A DNA stretch of 63,853 nt, counting the filler, from Caldilineae bacterium (GTDB lineage Bacteria; Chloroflexota; Anaerolineae; DTLA01), in the NCBI GenBank assembly GCA_037446815.1. It is 4 parts of 4 records of this genome, joined end to end, with 100 filler letters (N's around TTAATTAATTAA, not from the genome) between each part and the next. Parts side by side here need not be neighbours in the genome. Positions count along the whole stretch, not along the records: positions 18,803 to 37,140 come from JBBIHX010000050.1; positions 37,241 to 55,426 come from JBBIHX010000051.1; 2 more parts are not named here. The stretch is one strand, 5' to 3'. Shown here piece after piece: positions 29,825 through 40,258 of this stretch. The notes under the pieces are model-generated. The model was not told the DNA's origin. It saw nothing but the letters and a program-made list of their open reading frames with translations, and did not search any database. Position 1 is the stretch's first letter. Every line of letters starts with the position of its first letter. Made by a program: the position numbers and the translations under genes.

Positions 29825-30481
29825 ATGGAGCCGAAGTACTACATCCTGTTGGGCGCGCCCGGGGCGGGCAAGGGAACCCAAGCGGCGATGCTCATCGTGG
29901 CCCTGGGGATTCCCCATGTGGCCAGCGGCGATCTGTTCCGCGAGCACCTGAGCAAGGGCACGGAGTTGGGCCTTCTGGCCAAGCGGTACATGGAGGAGGG
30001 GAAACTCGTGCCGGACGACGTTACGGTGCGCATGGTGCTGGAGCGGCTGGCCCAGCCCGACTGCGCCAAGGGGGCGATTCTGGACGGGTTCCCCCGCACC
30101 ATCGCGCAGGCACAGGCGCTGGAGCGGGCGCTATCCGAGAACGGCCGGCGAATCAGGGCGGCGCTGTACATCAAGGTGTCCGCCGAGGAACTGCTGCGGC
30201 GTTTGGGCGGGCGCTATACTTGCAAAAACTGCGGAGCTGTGTATCATATAGTTTTTGACCCGCCAAAGCAGCCCGGCGTGTGCGACAAGTGCGGCGGCCC
30301 GTTGTACCAGCGGCCCGATGACACGCCCGAGACGGCAAAGAAGCGGCTGGACGTGTACTTTGAGCAAACGGCCCCGCTGATACAGTACTATCGCGAGCAG
30401 GGGCTGCTGCGCGAGATAGACGGTGAACAGTCCATAGAGGCGGTTCACGCGGCGCTCTTGAATGAGATCAAGGGCGAGTGA
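29825..30481 (+). CDS. adk: Adenylate kinase (Zn-binding LID)
   Basis: GAPGAGKGT, LDGFPR, CKNC..CDKC. Confidence 0.97.
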   Translation: MEPKYYILLGAPGAGKGTQAAMLIVALGIPHVASGDLFREHLSKGTELGLLAKRYMEEGKLVPDDVTVRMVLERLAQPDCAKGAILDGFPRTIAQAQALERALSENGRRIRAALYIKVSAEELLRRLGGRYTCKNCGAVYHIVFDPPKQPGVCDKCGGPLYQRPDDTPETAKKRLDVYFEQTAPLIQYYREQGLLREIDGEQSIEAVHAALLNEIKGE

Positions 30482-30500
30482 AGGCTCTTTTCTAAAACGC

Positions 30501-31250
30501 ATGGTTACACTGAAGTCCGGCCGGGAAATCCAGTTGATGCGCGAGGCGGGGCGGATCGTCGCCCAGGTGCTGGAGACGCTCAAGGGCAAGGCATTGCCCG
30601 GCGTTACGACGGCGGCGCTGGACGAGGAGGCCGAGCGGCTGATTCGGAAGATGGGCGCCATCCCGTCGTTCAAGGGGTACCACGGGTATCCGGCGACGAT
30701 TTGCGCCTCCATCAACGAGCAGGTGGTGCACGGGATTCCCAATCGCCGCAGGCTGAACGAGGGGGATATCCTGAGCCTGGACGTGGGGGCCATTTTCAAG
30801 GGCTACCACGGCGACGCGGCCATCACCATCCCCATCGGCACGGTTTCGCCGGAAGCGCGGCGGCTGCTGGAGGTTACCGAGGGGGCGCTCTGGGCCGGCA
30901 TCGCAAAGGCAAGGGTCGGGTTCCGCACCGGCGACATCTCGGCGGCCATCCAGGCATGGGTGGAAAGCCGAGGGATGTCGGTGGTGCGCGAGTACACGGG
31001 CCACGGAATCGGCAAGCAGATGCACGAGGACCCGCAGATACCGAACTTCGGGCGGGCTGGCACCGGGCACGTCCTGCGCGAGGGGATGACCTTCGCGCTG
31101 GAGCCAATGGTGAACCTCGGCACGTGGAAGACGAAGGTCCTGGCCGACGGCTGGACGGTGGTAACGGAAGACGGGCGATGGTCCGCCCACTTTGAGCACA
31201 CCATCGCGGTTACAGATGGCGAGCCGCTGGTGCTCACAGTTCTAGGATAG
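30501..31250 (+). CDS. map: Type I methionine aminopeptidase
   Basis: [26 protein letters not shown]. Confidence 0.97.
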   Translation: MVTLKSGREIQLMREAGRIVAQVLETLKGKALPGVTTAALDEEAERLIRKMGAIPSFKGYHGYPATICASINEQVVHGIPNRRRLNEGDILSLDVGAIFKGYHGDAAITIPIGTVSPEARRLLEVTEGALWAGIAKARVGFRTGDISAAIQAWVESRGMSVVREYTGHGIGKQMHEDPQIPNFGRAGTGHVLREGMTFALEPMVNLGTWKTKVLADGWTVVTEDGRWSAHFEHTIAVTDGEPLVLTVLG

Positions 31251-31272
31251 AGGAATTTGGGAGGCGACAATC

Positions 31273-31386
31273 ATGAAGGTCAGCGGTTCTGTGAAGCGAC
31301 GCTGCGAAAAATGCAAGATCATCCGACGGCGCGGCGTGGTGCGCGTCATCTGCACCAATCCCAAGCACAAGCAGCGCCAGGGTTAG
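31273..31386 (+). CDS. rpmJ: 50S ribosomal protein L36 (zinc-ribbon form; below ORF-track size cutoff)
   Basis: [45 protein letters not shown]. Confidence 0.97.
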   Translation: MKVSGSVKRRCEKCKIIRRRGVVRVICTNPKHKQRQG

Positions 31387-31425
31387 GCGGCCGTGAGGGC
31401 TACGCTTTTAGGAGGAAATTAGAGC

Positions 31426-31809
31426 ATGGCACGTATTGCTGGAGTTGACTTGCCTCGCGATAAGCGCGTGGAAGTCGCACTGACGTACATCTACGGAATC
31501 GGCCCGTCCACCAGCAAGGAGATTCTGGCGCGGACGGGGGTGAATCCGGACATTCGGGTCAAGGACCTGTCGGAGTCGGAGATTGCGGCGCTCCGCGAGT
31601 TCATTGACAAGAACTACCGGGTGGAAGGCGACCTGCGCCGCGAGGTGAGCATGAACATCAAGCGGCTCACGGAAATCGGCTGCTACCGCGGGCTTCGGCA
31701 TCGGCGCAACCTGCCGGTGCGGGGGCAGCGGACACGCACCAACGCGCGCACCAAGCGCGGGCCGCGCAAGACCGTGCCGGGCAAGAAGCGATCGCGGGCC
31801 AAGAAGTAG
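31426..31809 (+). CDS. rpsM: 30S ribosomal protein S13
   Basis: [18 protein letters not shown]. Confidence 0.98.
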   Translation: MARIAGVDLPRDKRVEVALTYIYGIGPSTSKEILARTGVNPDIRVKDLSESEIAALREFIDKNYRVEGDLRREVSMNIKRLTEIGCYRGLRHRRNLPVRGQRTRTNARTKRGPRKTVPGKKRSRAKK

Positions 31810-31892
31810 TCTCTCCGCAGGGGCAGCGTTGCCCTCGTGCGGGTGGCGCACCTTGCGAATGTATGGATATGGAATGGAGTTGAGGAGGAATC

Positions 31893-32288
31893 ATGGGGCG
31901 AACTAGCGGAAGACGGCGTGGGGCGCGCGTGGAGCGCAAGAATGTCCCTTACGCCCAGGCGCATATCCTGGCGACGTTCAACAACACCATCGTTACCGTT
32001 ACCGACCAGAACGGCAACGTGATCACGTGGGGCAGCACCGGCACCGCCGGGTTCAAGGGGTCCAAGAAGAGCACGCCCTACGCGGCCCAATTGACGGCTC
32101 AACAGACTGCGAAGCAGGCGATGGATCACGGCGTGCGCGAGGTGGACGTGTTCATCAAGGGGCCCGGCCCCGGCCGCGAGGCGGCGATCCGCGCGCTGGC
32201 CGCCGCCGGCCTGAAGGTGCGGTCTATCTCGGACGTTACGCCCATCCCGCATAACGGTTGCCGTCCGCCCAAGAAGCGGCGGGTCTAG
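31893..32288 (+). CDS. rpsK: 30S ribosomal protein S11
   Basis: [19 protein letters not shown]. Confidence 0.98.
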   Translation: MGRTSGRRRGARVERKNVPYAQAHILATFNNTIVTVTDQNGNVITWGSTGTAGFKGSKKSTPYAAQLTAQQTAKQAMDHGVREVDVFIKGPGPGREAAIRALAAAGLKVRSISDVTPIPHNGCRPPKKRRV

Positions 32289-32330
32289 GATTAGGTTTGC
32301 AAGAGTAGCAGGATCCTTGCAGGAGGAAAG

Positions 32331-32966
32331 ATGGCTAGATACATAGGTCCGGTCTGCAAACTGTGCAGGCGTGAGGAAACGAAACTTTATTTGAAAGGCG
32401 AGCGCTGCTTTGGCGACAAGTGCGCGCTGGACCGCCGCAACTACGCTCCCGGAATGCACGGGCGCAAGGGGCAGTTCCGCCGCAAAGTGTCGGACTACGG
32501 GCTGCAGTTGCGGGAGAAGCAGAAGGCGCGCCGCATCTACGGCGTGCTGGAACGGCAGTTCCGCCGCTACTACGCCGAGGCCCTGAAGCGGCCGGGCATG
32601 ACCGGCGTTACGCTCCTGGGCATCCTGGAGCGGCGGCTGGACAACGTGGTGTACCGCCTGGGGTTCGCCGAGTCGCGGGCGCAGGCCCGGCAGTTGGTGC
32701 GCCACGGGCACTTTGAGGTCAACGGCCGCAAGACCAACATCCCGTCCATGATTCTGCGGCCGGGCGATGTGGTGGCCGTGCGCCAGAGCAGTTTCAATAA
32801 CGGCTATTTCTCGGTGGTGAAAGAACTCCTGGCCGAGCGCAAGGTGGTAGATTGGCTCAGCCGCGACGACAATAGGCTATCCGGACAGGTTTTGAGCATG
32901 CCGACCCGCGAACAGATTGACGTTCCGCTGCAGGAGCAACTCATCGTAGAGTACTACAGCCGCTAG
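32331..32966 (+). CDS. rpsD: 30S ribosomal protein S4
   Basis: [28 protein letters not shown]. Confidence 0.98.
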   Translation: MARYIGPVCKLCRREETKLYLKGERCFGDKCALDRRNYAPGMHGRKGQFRRKVSDYGLQLREKQKARRIYGVLERQFRRYYAEALKRPGMTGVTLLGILERRLDNVVYRLGFAESRAQARQLVRHGHFEVNGRKTNIPSMILRPGDVVAVRQSSFNNGYFSVVKELLAERKVVDWLSRDDNRLSGQVLSMPTREQIDVPLQEQLIVEYYSR

Positions 32967-32999
32967 CGTTGCTCTGCCATTTTGTAGCGAACAAGGAAG

Positions 33000-33941
33000 G
33001 TGGTTTCGTTGTTTGATCAAGTGCTAACGAAAATAGAAACCGAAGCGGGTTCCCAGAAGTACGGTCGGTTCAGCATCGGTCCCCTGCCGGGCGGCTACGG
33101 CGTAACCTTGGGGAACGCGCTGCGGCGGGTGCTGCTGTCGTCGCTGCCCGGCGCGGCGGTAACGTCCATCCGCGTGAGCGGGGTGTTCCACGAGTTCTCG
33201 GACATCCCCCACTGCAAGGAGGACATGATTACCCTTATCCTCAACGCCAAGCAGTTGCGGTTCATCATGCCGCAGGGCGAGACCGCGCGGCTGCACGTGG
33301 AGGTCAAGGGCGAGGGCGTCATCACCGGGGCCGACCTGGTCTGCCCGGCGCACGTGGAGATCGTCAACCCCGACCAGCATCTGCTCACCGCCGATTCGCC
33401 GGAGGCGGACCTGGACATTGAGATGGTGGTGCAGACCGGATACGGCTACTCGCCGGCGGAAGATCGCGGGGAACTGCCCATCGGCGAGATTCCGGTGGAT
33501 GCGGTGTTCAGCCCCGTGCGCAAGGCGAACTTCCGCGTGGAGCGCGAGCGCGTGGGCCAGATGACGGACTTCAACCGCCTCATCATGGAGGTCTGGACGG
33601 ACGGCACGATTCGGCCAGGCGAGGCGCTTCGGCAGAGCGCCCAGATTCTTGTCAAGCACTTCGCCCTCATCGCCGGCGTGAGCGACGTTACCACGGTGGA
33701 AGCGGAGGCGCCCACCGAGATCAGCGTTCCCGATTGGGTGCGCTCCGCCCCCATTGAGGACCTGGAACTCACCGTGCGCGCCTACAACTGCCTGAAGCGC
33801 GCCGGCATTACGAAGGTGGGCGAGGTCCTGGCGCGCCTGGAGAAGGGCGAAGAGGAGATTCTCAGCATCCGCAACTTCGGCCGCAAGTCGCTCGACGAAT
33901 TGCTGGAGAAATTGCGGGCCAAGGGGTACCTGCCGGAGTAG
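33000..33941 (+). CDS. rpoA: RNA polymerase alpha subunit
   Basis: GVTLGNALRRVLLSS, VRAYNCLKRAGI, NFGRKS; exact start uncertain. Confidence 0.97.
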   Translation: MVSLFDQVLTKIETEAGSQKYGRFSIGPLPGGYGVTLGNALRRVLLSSLPGAAVTSIRVSGVFHEFSDIPHCKEDMITLILNAKQLRFIMPQGETARLHVEVKGEGVITGADLVCPAHVEIVNPDQHLLTADSPEADLDIEMVVQTGYGYSPAEDRGELPIGEIPVDAVFSPVRKANFRVERERVGQMTDFNRLIMEVWTDGTIRPGEALRQSAQILVKHFALIAGVSDVTTVEAEAPTEISVPDWVRSAPIEDLELTVRAYNCLKRAGITKVGEVLARLEKGEEEILSIRNFGRKSLDELLEKLRAKGYLPE

Positions 33942-33999
33942 TCGTCGGACTCTTGCGGCTGACCCTGCACTGGAGACTTGATTCAACGAGGGATTGGAT

Positions 34000-34356
34000 A
34001 TGCGACACAAGGTAGCGGGCCGAAAACTGGGACGTTCCACCGGACAGCGAAAGGCGCTGTTCCGCACGTTGGTAACGCAGTTCCTGGATCATGGCAAGAT
34101 ACAAGTAACCGAGGCGAAGGCCAAGGCCATCCGCGGGCAGGCCGAGCGCATGATTACGCTGGCAAAGCGCGGCGATCTGCACGCCCGCCGATTGGCGGCT
34201 GCGCAGTTGAACGACCCCAAGGTCGTGCAGAAGTTGTTTGAGACCATCGGGCCGAAGTATCAGGATCGCCCGGGCGGGTACACCCGCATCCTGAAGTTGG
34301 GACAGCGCCAGGGCGACGGCGCGCCGATGGTGTTGTTGGAGTTGGTGGAAGAGTAG
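34000..34356 (+). CDS. rplQ: 50S ribosomal protein L17
   Basis: [20 protein letters not shown]. Confidence 0.98.
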   Translation: MRHKVAGRKLGRSTGQRKALFRTLVTQFLDHGKIQVTEAKAKAIRGQAERMITLAKRGDLHARRLAAAQLNDPKVVQKLFETIGPKYQDRPGGYTRILKLGQRQGDGAPMVLLELVEE

Positions 34357-34370
34357 GACAGACGGACGAG

Positions 34371-35162
34371 GTGAACCGCGCAGTAGAACAGAGGGCGCAA
34401 TCACCGGATCTCGTTGGCCCGTCGCAGGGCCGGGTTTTCAAGGCCGTTGTGGAATACGACGGCACACAGTACTTTGGATTTCAAATACAGCCCAATGCCC
34501 GCACCATCCAGGGGGAACTGGAGGCGGCGCTGGCGAAGGTGCTGGGCGAGCCGACCCGCATTGTGGGCGGGGGGCGGACCGACGCGGGCGTTCATGCCCT
34601 CGGCCAGGTCATCAGTTTTCGGGCGGTGTGGAAGCACCCCCCGGCAGACCTGGGCCGCGCTATGAACGCGCACCTGCCTCACGATATTGCGGTGAGGGAG
34701 GTGAGCGTCGCCCCGGAGGGGTTTCACGCCCGCTTCAGCGCGGTGGGGCGCCGCTACCGGTACTCCATCTTCGTCTCGCCGACGCGCTCGCCGCTGCGGG
34801 AACGCTACGCCTGGCGGCTGGCCGAGACGCCAGACCTGGCAAGACTGGAACAGGCCAGCGCTCTGGTGGTGGGCGAGAAGGACTTCGGGGCCTTTGGCGA
34901 AGCGCCGTGGGGCGACTCCACGGTGAGGGTCGTCCGCCAAGCGCGCTGGAGCAGGCGCGACGATGTCCTGATGTGGGACGTGGAGGCCAACGCGTTCCTG
35001 CGCGGTATGGTGCGGACGCTGGTCAGCACGATGGTCTGGGTGGGCACGGGGCGCATGACGCCCGAGGCGCTGGCGGAACTGCTGGAGAAGCCGAACCGCA
35101 GCCGGGCCGCGCCGCCCGCTCCGGCGTCGGGGCTGTGCCTGATGGAAGTGCTCTACGAGTGA
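34371..35162 (+). CDS. truA: tRNA pseudouridine(38-40) synthase
   Basis: YDGT, GRTDAGVHA, FHARFSA, FLRGMVR. Confidence 0.96.
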   Translation: MNRAVEQRAQSPDLVGPSQGRVFKAVVEYDGTQYFGFQIQPNARTIQGELEAALAKVLGEPTRIVGGGRTDAGVHALGQVISFRAVWKHPPADLGRAMNAHLPHDIAVREVSVAPEGFHARFSAVGRRYRYSIFVSPTRSPLRERYAWRLAETPDLARLEQASALVVGEKDFGAFGEAPWGDSTVRVVRQARWSRRDDVLMWDVEANAFLRGMVRTLVSTMVWVGTGRMTPEALAELLEKPNRSRAAPPAPASGLCLMEVLYE

Positions 35163-35205
35163 ACGGGAGAGCACGGAGCATCTCTGAGTGCGAGGAGTTA
35201 TTCAA

Positions 35206-35634
35206 GTGAAGACTTACGTTGTCAAAGAAGGCGAAATCAAGCGAGAGTGGTACGTTGTGGACGCGGAAGGGAAGACGCTGGGGCGTCTGGCTTCCCAGAT
35301 TGCCCGTGTGCTCATGGGCAAGCACAAGCCGTACTACACCCCGCATTTGGATACCGGCGATTATGTGGTCGTCGTCAATGCGGACAAGATTCGCGTTACC
35401 GGCCGCAAGTTGGACCAGAAAATGTACTACCGCTATTCGGGGTACCCAAGCGGGCTGAAGAGCGTAACGCTGCGCAAGCAGTTGAGCACGCGCCCCGAGC
35501 GGGTCATCTGGGCGGCAGTGCGCAACATGCTGCCCAAGAACAAGTTGGGGCGGGCCATGCTGAAGAAACTCAAGGTGTACGCCTCGCCCGAACATCCACA
35601 CGCGGCGCAGCAGCCGAAACCGCTAGATTTGTAG
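35206..35634 (+). CDS. rplM: 50S ribosomal protein L13
   Basis: [23 protein letters not shown]. Confidence 0.98.
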   Translation: MKTYVVKEGEIKREWYVVDAEGKTLGRLASQIARVLMGKHKPYYTPHLDTGDYVVVVNADKIRVTGRKLDQKMYYRYSGYPSGLKSVTLRKQLSTRPERVIWAAVRNMLPKNKLGRAMLKKLKVYASPEHPHAAQQPKPLDL

Positions 35635-35646
35635 TCAGGAGGACGC

Positions 35647-36039
35647 ATGTCAGTTCAGTATTATGAGGCAGTTGGTCGGCGCAAAGAGGCAAGCGCCAGG
35701 GTGCGCGTTTTCGCCGGTTCGGGCAAGATCGTGGTGAACGACAGGCCGGTGGAAGAGTACTTCCCGCGCCAGGGCGACATGATTCGGCTGTTGGAGCCTC
35801 TGCGCGTTACGGAGACCGAAGGCAAGTATGACATCACGGTGCTGGTGAAGGGCGGCGGCGTAACCGGCCAGTTGGACGCCGTGCGCCATGGCATTGCCCG
35901 CGCCCTGCTGAAGATTGACCCTGAGATGCGCCTTCCGCTCCGCAAGGCAGGTCTGCTCACCCGCGACCCGCGCGCCAAGGAGCGCAAGAAGCCCGGCCTC
36001 AAGCGCGCCCGGAAGGCCCCGCAGTACACCAAGCGTTAG
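35647..36039 (+). CDS. rpsI: 30S ribosomal protein S9
   Basis: [25 protein letters not shown]. Confidence 0.98.
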   Translation: MSVQYYEAVGRRKEASARVRVFAGSGKIVVNDRPVEEYFPRQGDMIRLLEPLRVTETEGKYDITVLVKGGGVTGQLDAVRHGIARALLKIDPEMRLPLRKAGLLTRDPRAKERKKPGLKRARKAPQYTKR

Positions 36040-36180
36040 CGGATGCGCCGTCCCGTTGCAGGCGGGACACGCTTCTACGCGAGACAACGAAAGAGGGTGC
36101 TCAGGACGGTCCTGTGCACCCTCTTTGTGTTGCGCGATCGCCGGCCACGCGCCCGCAGGCCCCGCCGCAATGCGCTCGCG

Positions 36181-37053
36181 CTACTGGGCGAAGTACATCA
36201 CGATAATGACGGCCACGCCGAAGAGCACCACGTTCAGAAAGAACGGCTTGTCCTTCAGGAGCAACTCCTCGGGACTGCCGCCTTCCTGCTTGATATGGAT
36301 GAGGTACAGGTATCGGAAGATGCCGTAAAGGACGAACGGGATGGTGAGCATCATGGTGTGGTTGGCGGGCACGTTGGGCGCGAAGAAGGTGTAGAGCGAA
36401 TACGCGATAACCGTGCTGGACGCCACCACGTTGATCATCTCGTCCAGGAAGCGAAGGCTGTACTGGTCCAGGATGGCGCGGTGATTGTTCGCCCCTTCGG
36501 CCAGCAAGGCTAGTTCATGCCGCCGCTTGCTGAAGCCGAGGAACAGCGCCAGGAGCGTCATGCAGATGTACAGCCAGGGGGAGAAGCGCTCCACATTCAC
36601 CAGCGCCACGCCCCCGGCCACCCGCAACACGAACCCCGCCGCGATGGTCATCACGTCCACGATAACGTGGTTCTTGAGGTAGAACGAGTACGCGATCATG
36701 AGCGCCAGATAGGCGAGGCTGATGACCCCGAACGTTACGTTGAGCGCGAACGCCGCCGGGATGCTCATGACGATGATGAGGGCGGCGGCGATGACGGCCA
36801 CGCTCTTGCGCAGTTGGCCCGAAGCCAGCGGCCGGTTGCGCTTCACGGGATGCAGGCGGTCCCGCTCTATGTCCACGAGGTCGTTGATAAGGTAGACGGC
36901 GCTGGACAGGAGGCAGAAGACGACGAAGCCCGCCAACGTGGGCAGCAGGTACTGGGTCTGGAACAGTTTGCGGTCAAAAACCAGCGCGGCCCACACGAAG
37001 ACGTTTTTCGTCCATTGCTTGGGCCGCATGCTTTTGATGAGCAGGCGAAGCAC
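36181..37053 (-). CDS. UbiA-family decaprenyl-phosphate phosphoribosyltransferase-like protein
   Basis: RPKQWTKN, NDLVDIERDRLHP.KR.RPLASG, FVLRV.GG and KRRHEL. Confidence 0.88.
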   Translation of the reverse strand: MLRLLIKSMRPKQWTKNVFVWAALVFDRKLFQTQYLLPTLAGFVVFCLLSSAVYLINDLVDIERDRLHPVKRNRPLASGQLRKSVAVIAAALIIVMSIPAAFALNVTFGVISLAYLALMIAYSFYLKNHVIVDVMTIAAGFVLRVAGGVALVNVERFSPWLYICMTLLALFLGFSKRRHELALLAEGANNHRAILDQYSLRFLDEMINVVASSTVIAYSLYTFFAPNVPANHTMMLTIPFVLYGIFRYLYLIHIKQEGGSPEELLLKDKPFFLNVVLFGVAVIIVMYFAQ

Positions 37054-37088
37054 GATGGTTCTCCTCGGTTTGGTAGAATAACGGCCTC

Positions 37089-37117
37089 ATGATATCGGAA
37101 ATCGCGGCTGGCGTCAA
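37089..37117 (-). promoter_or_regulatory. Sigma70 promoter
   Basis: Minus strand TTGACG-N17-TATCAT. Confidence 0.6.
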
Positions 37118-37140
37118 TTTGTCGGGATGTCCGAGTCAGT

Positions 37141-37240
37141 NNNNNNNNNNNNNNNNNNNNNNNNNNNNNNNNNNNNNNNNNNNNTTAATTAATTAANNNN
37201 NNNNNNNNNNNNNNNNNNNNNNNNNNNNNNNNNNNNNNNN
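37141..37240. other. Artificial contig linker
   Basis: N44-TTAATTAATTAA-N44. Confidence 0.97.
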
Positions 37241-37290
37241 CGGGGTGAGGGCGTTCACGTGCGAAGCACTTGGCAGGTGCGTGGCACGTT
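37241..37290. repeat. REP-like family D end plus family E palindrome
   Basis: GGGGTGAGGG, then ACGTGCGAAGCAC...GTGCGTGGCACGTT similar to 59840-59874 and 62189-62223. Confidence 0.65.
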
Positions 37291-37334
37291 ACCGTCTCCG
37301 CGGTGCCGAACCCCGTGCGCTCCGAAAATACGCC

Positions 37335-37417
37335 AATTGTACTATTTAAATTAGTAGAATCTTCTTGACAAACCCTCGCAATAGTGCTATAATTGTACTA
37401 GTTAGAATCGTACAATT
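37335..37417 (+). promoter_or_regulatory. Sigma70 promoter flanked by two YtrA-type operators
   Basis: TTGACA 37365-37370, N17, TATAAT 37388-37393; AATTGTAC-N11-GTACAATT (37391-37417) and a degenerate copy at 37335-37360. Confidence 0.8.
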
Positions 37418-37430
37418 CTGGAGGCGGCGC

Positions 37431-37856
37431 GTGAACATCCGCATCAATGCCGAGAGCGGCGTACCCATCTACATGCAGATTGTGGATCGCATTCGGCACC
37501 TGGTGGCAACGGGGGTGCTGCGGCCTGGGCAACAGTTGCCCACCATACGCCAGTTGGCCGTGGACTTGCGCGTTGACCCGAACACGGTGGCCCGTGCCTA
37601 CGCTATCCTGGACAGCCAGGGGGTCATCTCCACCCAGCAAGGGCGCGGCACGTACATCGCCGAGCACCCGGACGAGGCACGGCTGGCCGCATTCCGCGAG
37701 GAGCAACTGCGGCAAATCGTCAGCCATGCCATCTTGGATGCGCTGAGCCTCGGATACCGGCCGGACGAGGTGCGAGATATCTTCTTGCAAGAATTGACGC
37801 AGTGGCAAGCGCGCACGGAGCGCGAACATACCGAAACAAACACCCAAAACACTTGA
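37431..37856 (+). CDS. GntR-family regulator, YtrA subfamily
   Basis: PIYMQI, LPTIRQLA, PNTVARAY, GRGTYI; short C-terminal domain. Confidence 0.93.
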   Translation: MNIRINAESGVPIYMQIVDRIRHLVATGVLRPGQQLPTIRQLAVDLRVDPNTVARAYAILDSQGVISTQQGRGTYIAEHPDEARLAAFREEQLRQIVSHAILDALSLGYRPDEVRDIFLQELTQWQARTEREHTETNTQNT

Positions 37857-37867
37857 GGAGGATTCCA

Positions 37868-38812
37868 ATGGCAACGGTAACCGGAAAGAAAAGGGTTCTT
37901 TCGCCAGAACAAGCCGCGCTGGAGGCAAGGGCGGTCAACGGCGTATCCCTGGCCGCCTTCTTCCTCGCCCTGCTGATCACGTCGCTCTTGGCCATCGGGC
38001 TGGACACCCTGACCGCTGCGCCGGACTGGGTCATCGCGCTGGTGGCCGCCGGCGGGCTTCTCATCGGCTTCTACCTGCTGTTCGCCATCAAAATCGCCGA
38101 CCAGTGGGAGAAGGCCGTCGTATTGCGGTTCGGGCGGTTCCGCGGGTTGAAAGGCCCGGGCCTGTTCTGGGTCATCCCCATCGTGGACTCGGTGCGCACG
38201 TGGATTGACCATCGGGTCATGGTAACGCCGTTCAACGCGGAGAAGACGCTGACCAAGGATACAGTCCCCGTGGACGTGGATGCGGTGTTGTTCTGGATGG
38301 TGTGGGATGCGGAGAAGGCCGCATTGGAGGTGGAGAACTACAAGGCGGCCATCGCGTGGGCGGCGCAGACGGCCCTGCGCGAGGTCATCGGCCAGATGGG
38401 ACTGGCCGACATCCTTGTGGGCCGCGCCAAGATGGACGACGACCTGCAGCGCATCATTGACGCCCGCACCAACCCCTGGGGCATCACCGTGCAGTCGGTG
38501 GAAATCCGCGACATTGTGATTCCGGAGGCGCTGGAGGATGCCATGTCCCGCCAGGCCCAGGCCGAGCGGGAACGCCAGGCGCGGGTCATCCTGGGCGAGT
38601 CCGAGAAGCAGATTGCCGAGAGTTTCCGGGAAGCGTCGCTGGCCTACCAGGAGAATCCGACGGCCTTGCACCTGCGCGCGATGAACATGCTGTTTGAGGG
38701 GCTGAAAGAGAAGGGCGCGCTGGTGATTGTGCCATCCAGCGCTGTGGACACGATGAACCTGGGCGGGCTGCTGGCGACAACGGCGCTCGCGCAAACCGCC
38801 CCGAAGGAATGA
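37868..38812 (+). CDS. SPFH/stomatin-like (slipin) membrane protein
   Basis: Two TM helices, RFGRF..GPGL, LTKDTV.VDVDAV, AQTALRE and QAERERQA. Confidence 0.93.
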   Translation: MATVTGKKRVLSPEQAALEARAVNGVSLAAFFLALLITSLLAIGLDTLTAAPDWVIALVAAGGLLIGFYLLFAIKIADQWEKAVVLRFGRFRGLKGPGLFWVIPIVDSVRTWIDHRVMVTPFNAEKTLTKDTVPVDVDAVLFWMVWDAEKAALEVENYKAAIAWAAQTALREVIGQMGLADILVGRAKMDDDLQRIIDARTNPWGITVQSVEIRDIVIPEALEDAMSRQAQAERERQARVILGESEKQIAESFREASLAYQENPTALHLRAMNMLFEGLKEKGALVIVPSSAVDTMNLGGLLATTALAQTAPKE

Positions 38813-38894
38813 GGCCGCACCCGCGAGCGGACGCGAAGGGCCTGGCCCGACGCGAGGCCCTTCGCGCGCCCATACCACAAGAGAGGGGACATCC

Positions 38895-39116
38895 ATGACT
38901 CAATGGGAGTACCGAGTGCTCGTCATCAAGAGCGGCTGGGGCGCGCGCCTGAAAGAGGAACACGAAGAAGTCCTAAACGCGCTCGGGCACGAGGGCTGGG
39001 AACTGGCAGGCATGGCCGCCGAGAGCACGGCGATGAGCATGGTGTTCAAGCGGCCCGTGGCCGAGCACAAGCCATCGCGCCGCAGCGAAGAGGGCTGGCC
39101 GTCTTGGGAACGCTAG
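38895..39116 (+). CDS. DUF4177-like small protein
   Basis: WEYRV ... LNALG.EGWEL ... FKRP. Confidence 0.85.
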   Translation: MTQWEYRVLVIKSGWGARLKEEHEEVLNALGHEGWELAGMAAESTAMSMVFKRPVAEHKPSRRSEEGWPSWER

Positions 39117-39269
39117 CGCGCCGATGAGGTGGGGGAGCGCCTTTCAAGTCTCGGGCAAGCACGTTCGGGNNNNNNNNNNNNNNNNNNNNNNNNNNNNNNN
39201 NNNNNNNNNNNNNNNNNNNNNNNNNNNNNNNNNNNNNNNNNNNNNNNNNNNNNNNNNNNNNNNNNNNNN

Positions 39270-39295
39270 GGAGGGCTGGGCGGGGATGGGTGAGG
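39270..39295. repeat. REP-like family D end next to scaffold gap 39170-39269
   Basis: GAGGGCTGGGCGGGGATGGGTGAGG is a near reverse complement of 62033-62057. Confidence 0.7.
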
Positions 39296-39400
39296 TTGCC
39301 CGCGCGGGGAGGCGCCCCCGGGCTAAGTCGCGCCGCGGGCGCAGGCGCGCGGTTGGAGAACGAGGCCGATTCTCGTATAATGCCCACGAGGAGGGCTTTC

Positions 39401-40258
39401 ATGGCACACAGCACGAATCGGCCTCTTATCCTGGTTACCAACGATGACGGCATCGCCTCGCCCGGGCTACGCGCGGCGGTGCGGGCGGCGCTGCGGCTGG
39501 GCGAGGTCCTGGTCGCCGCGCCATCGGGCCAGCAGACCGGCGCAGGGCGCAGCACGCCCGGCAACGGGCCCTTGCTGCTGGAACCGGCGCCCCTCGTCGT
39601 GGACGGCCAGCCCATCCGCGCCTACGCCATACCGGGCACGCCCGCGCAGACCGTCATGTACGGCGCGCTGGTGCTGGCCGACCGTCCGGTGGATTTGGTC
39701 ATCTCCGGCATCAACTACGGCGAGAACCTGGGCTTGGAGATCACCACATCGGGCACGGTCGGCGCGGCGCTGGAGGCGGGAGCCATGGGCATCCCTGCGC
39801 TGGCCATCTCGCGCGAGACGCACAAACGATTCCATTTCAACCCCGAAGAAGGGATGGACTTCGTGGCGGCTGCGCACTTCGCGGAGGTGTTCGGGCGAAT
39901 GCTCCTGACGCGGAGGCTGCCCCCGGACGTGGACGCGCTCAAGGTGGACGTGCCCGAGGGCGCCGATGCGGACACCCCGTGGCGCGTTACGCGGGTCTCC
40001 CGCCAGCGGTACTACCACCCTGTGCCGCCCGTGAACCCGGATTTGTCCAAGCCTGTGTACGTGGACTACGCGGTTCGGTTGGATATGGACACGTTGGAGC
40101 GCGATTCGGACATCTGGGCCTTGGCGATAGACCGCGTGGTATCGGTCGCGCCCATCTCGCTGGACCTGTCCTCGCGGGTGGCGCTAGACGAGGTGGACCG
40201 AATCTTGCGCGCTCCGAGCACCCATCGCACACTTGGAGGAGATCGCGATGATGATTGA
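39401..40258 (+). CDS. surE: 5'/3'-nucleotidase SurE
   Basis: ILVTNDDG, GTPA, SGINYGEN, SGTVGAA.E. Confidence 0.93.
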   Translation: MAHSTNRPLILVTNDDGIASPGLRAAVRAALRLGEVLVAAPSGQQTGAGRSTPGNGPLLLEPAPLVVDGQPIRAYAIPGTPAQTVMYGALVLADRPVDLVISGINYGENLGLEITTSGTVGAALEAGAMGIPALAISRETHKRFHFNPEEGMDFVAAAHFAEVFGRMLLTRRLPPDVDALKVDVPEGADADTPWRVTRVSRQRYYHPVPPVNPDLSKPVYVDYAVRLDMDTLERDSDIWALAIDRVVSVAPISLDLSSRVALDEVDRILRAPSTHRTLGGDRDDD

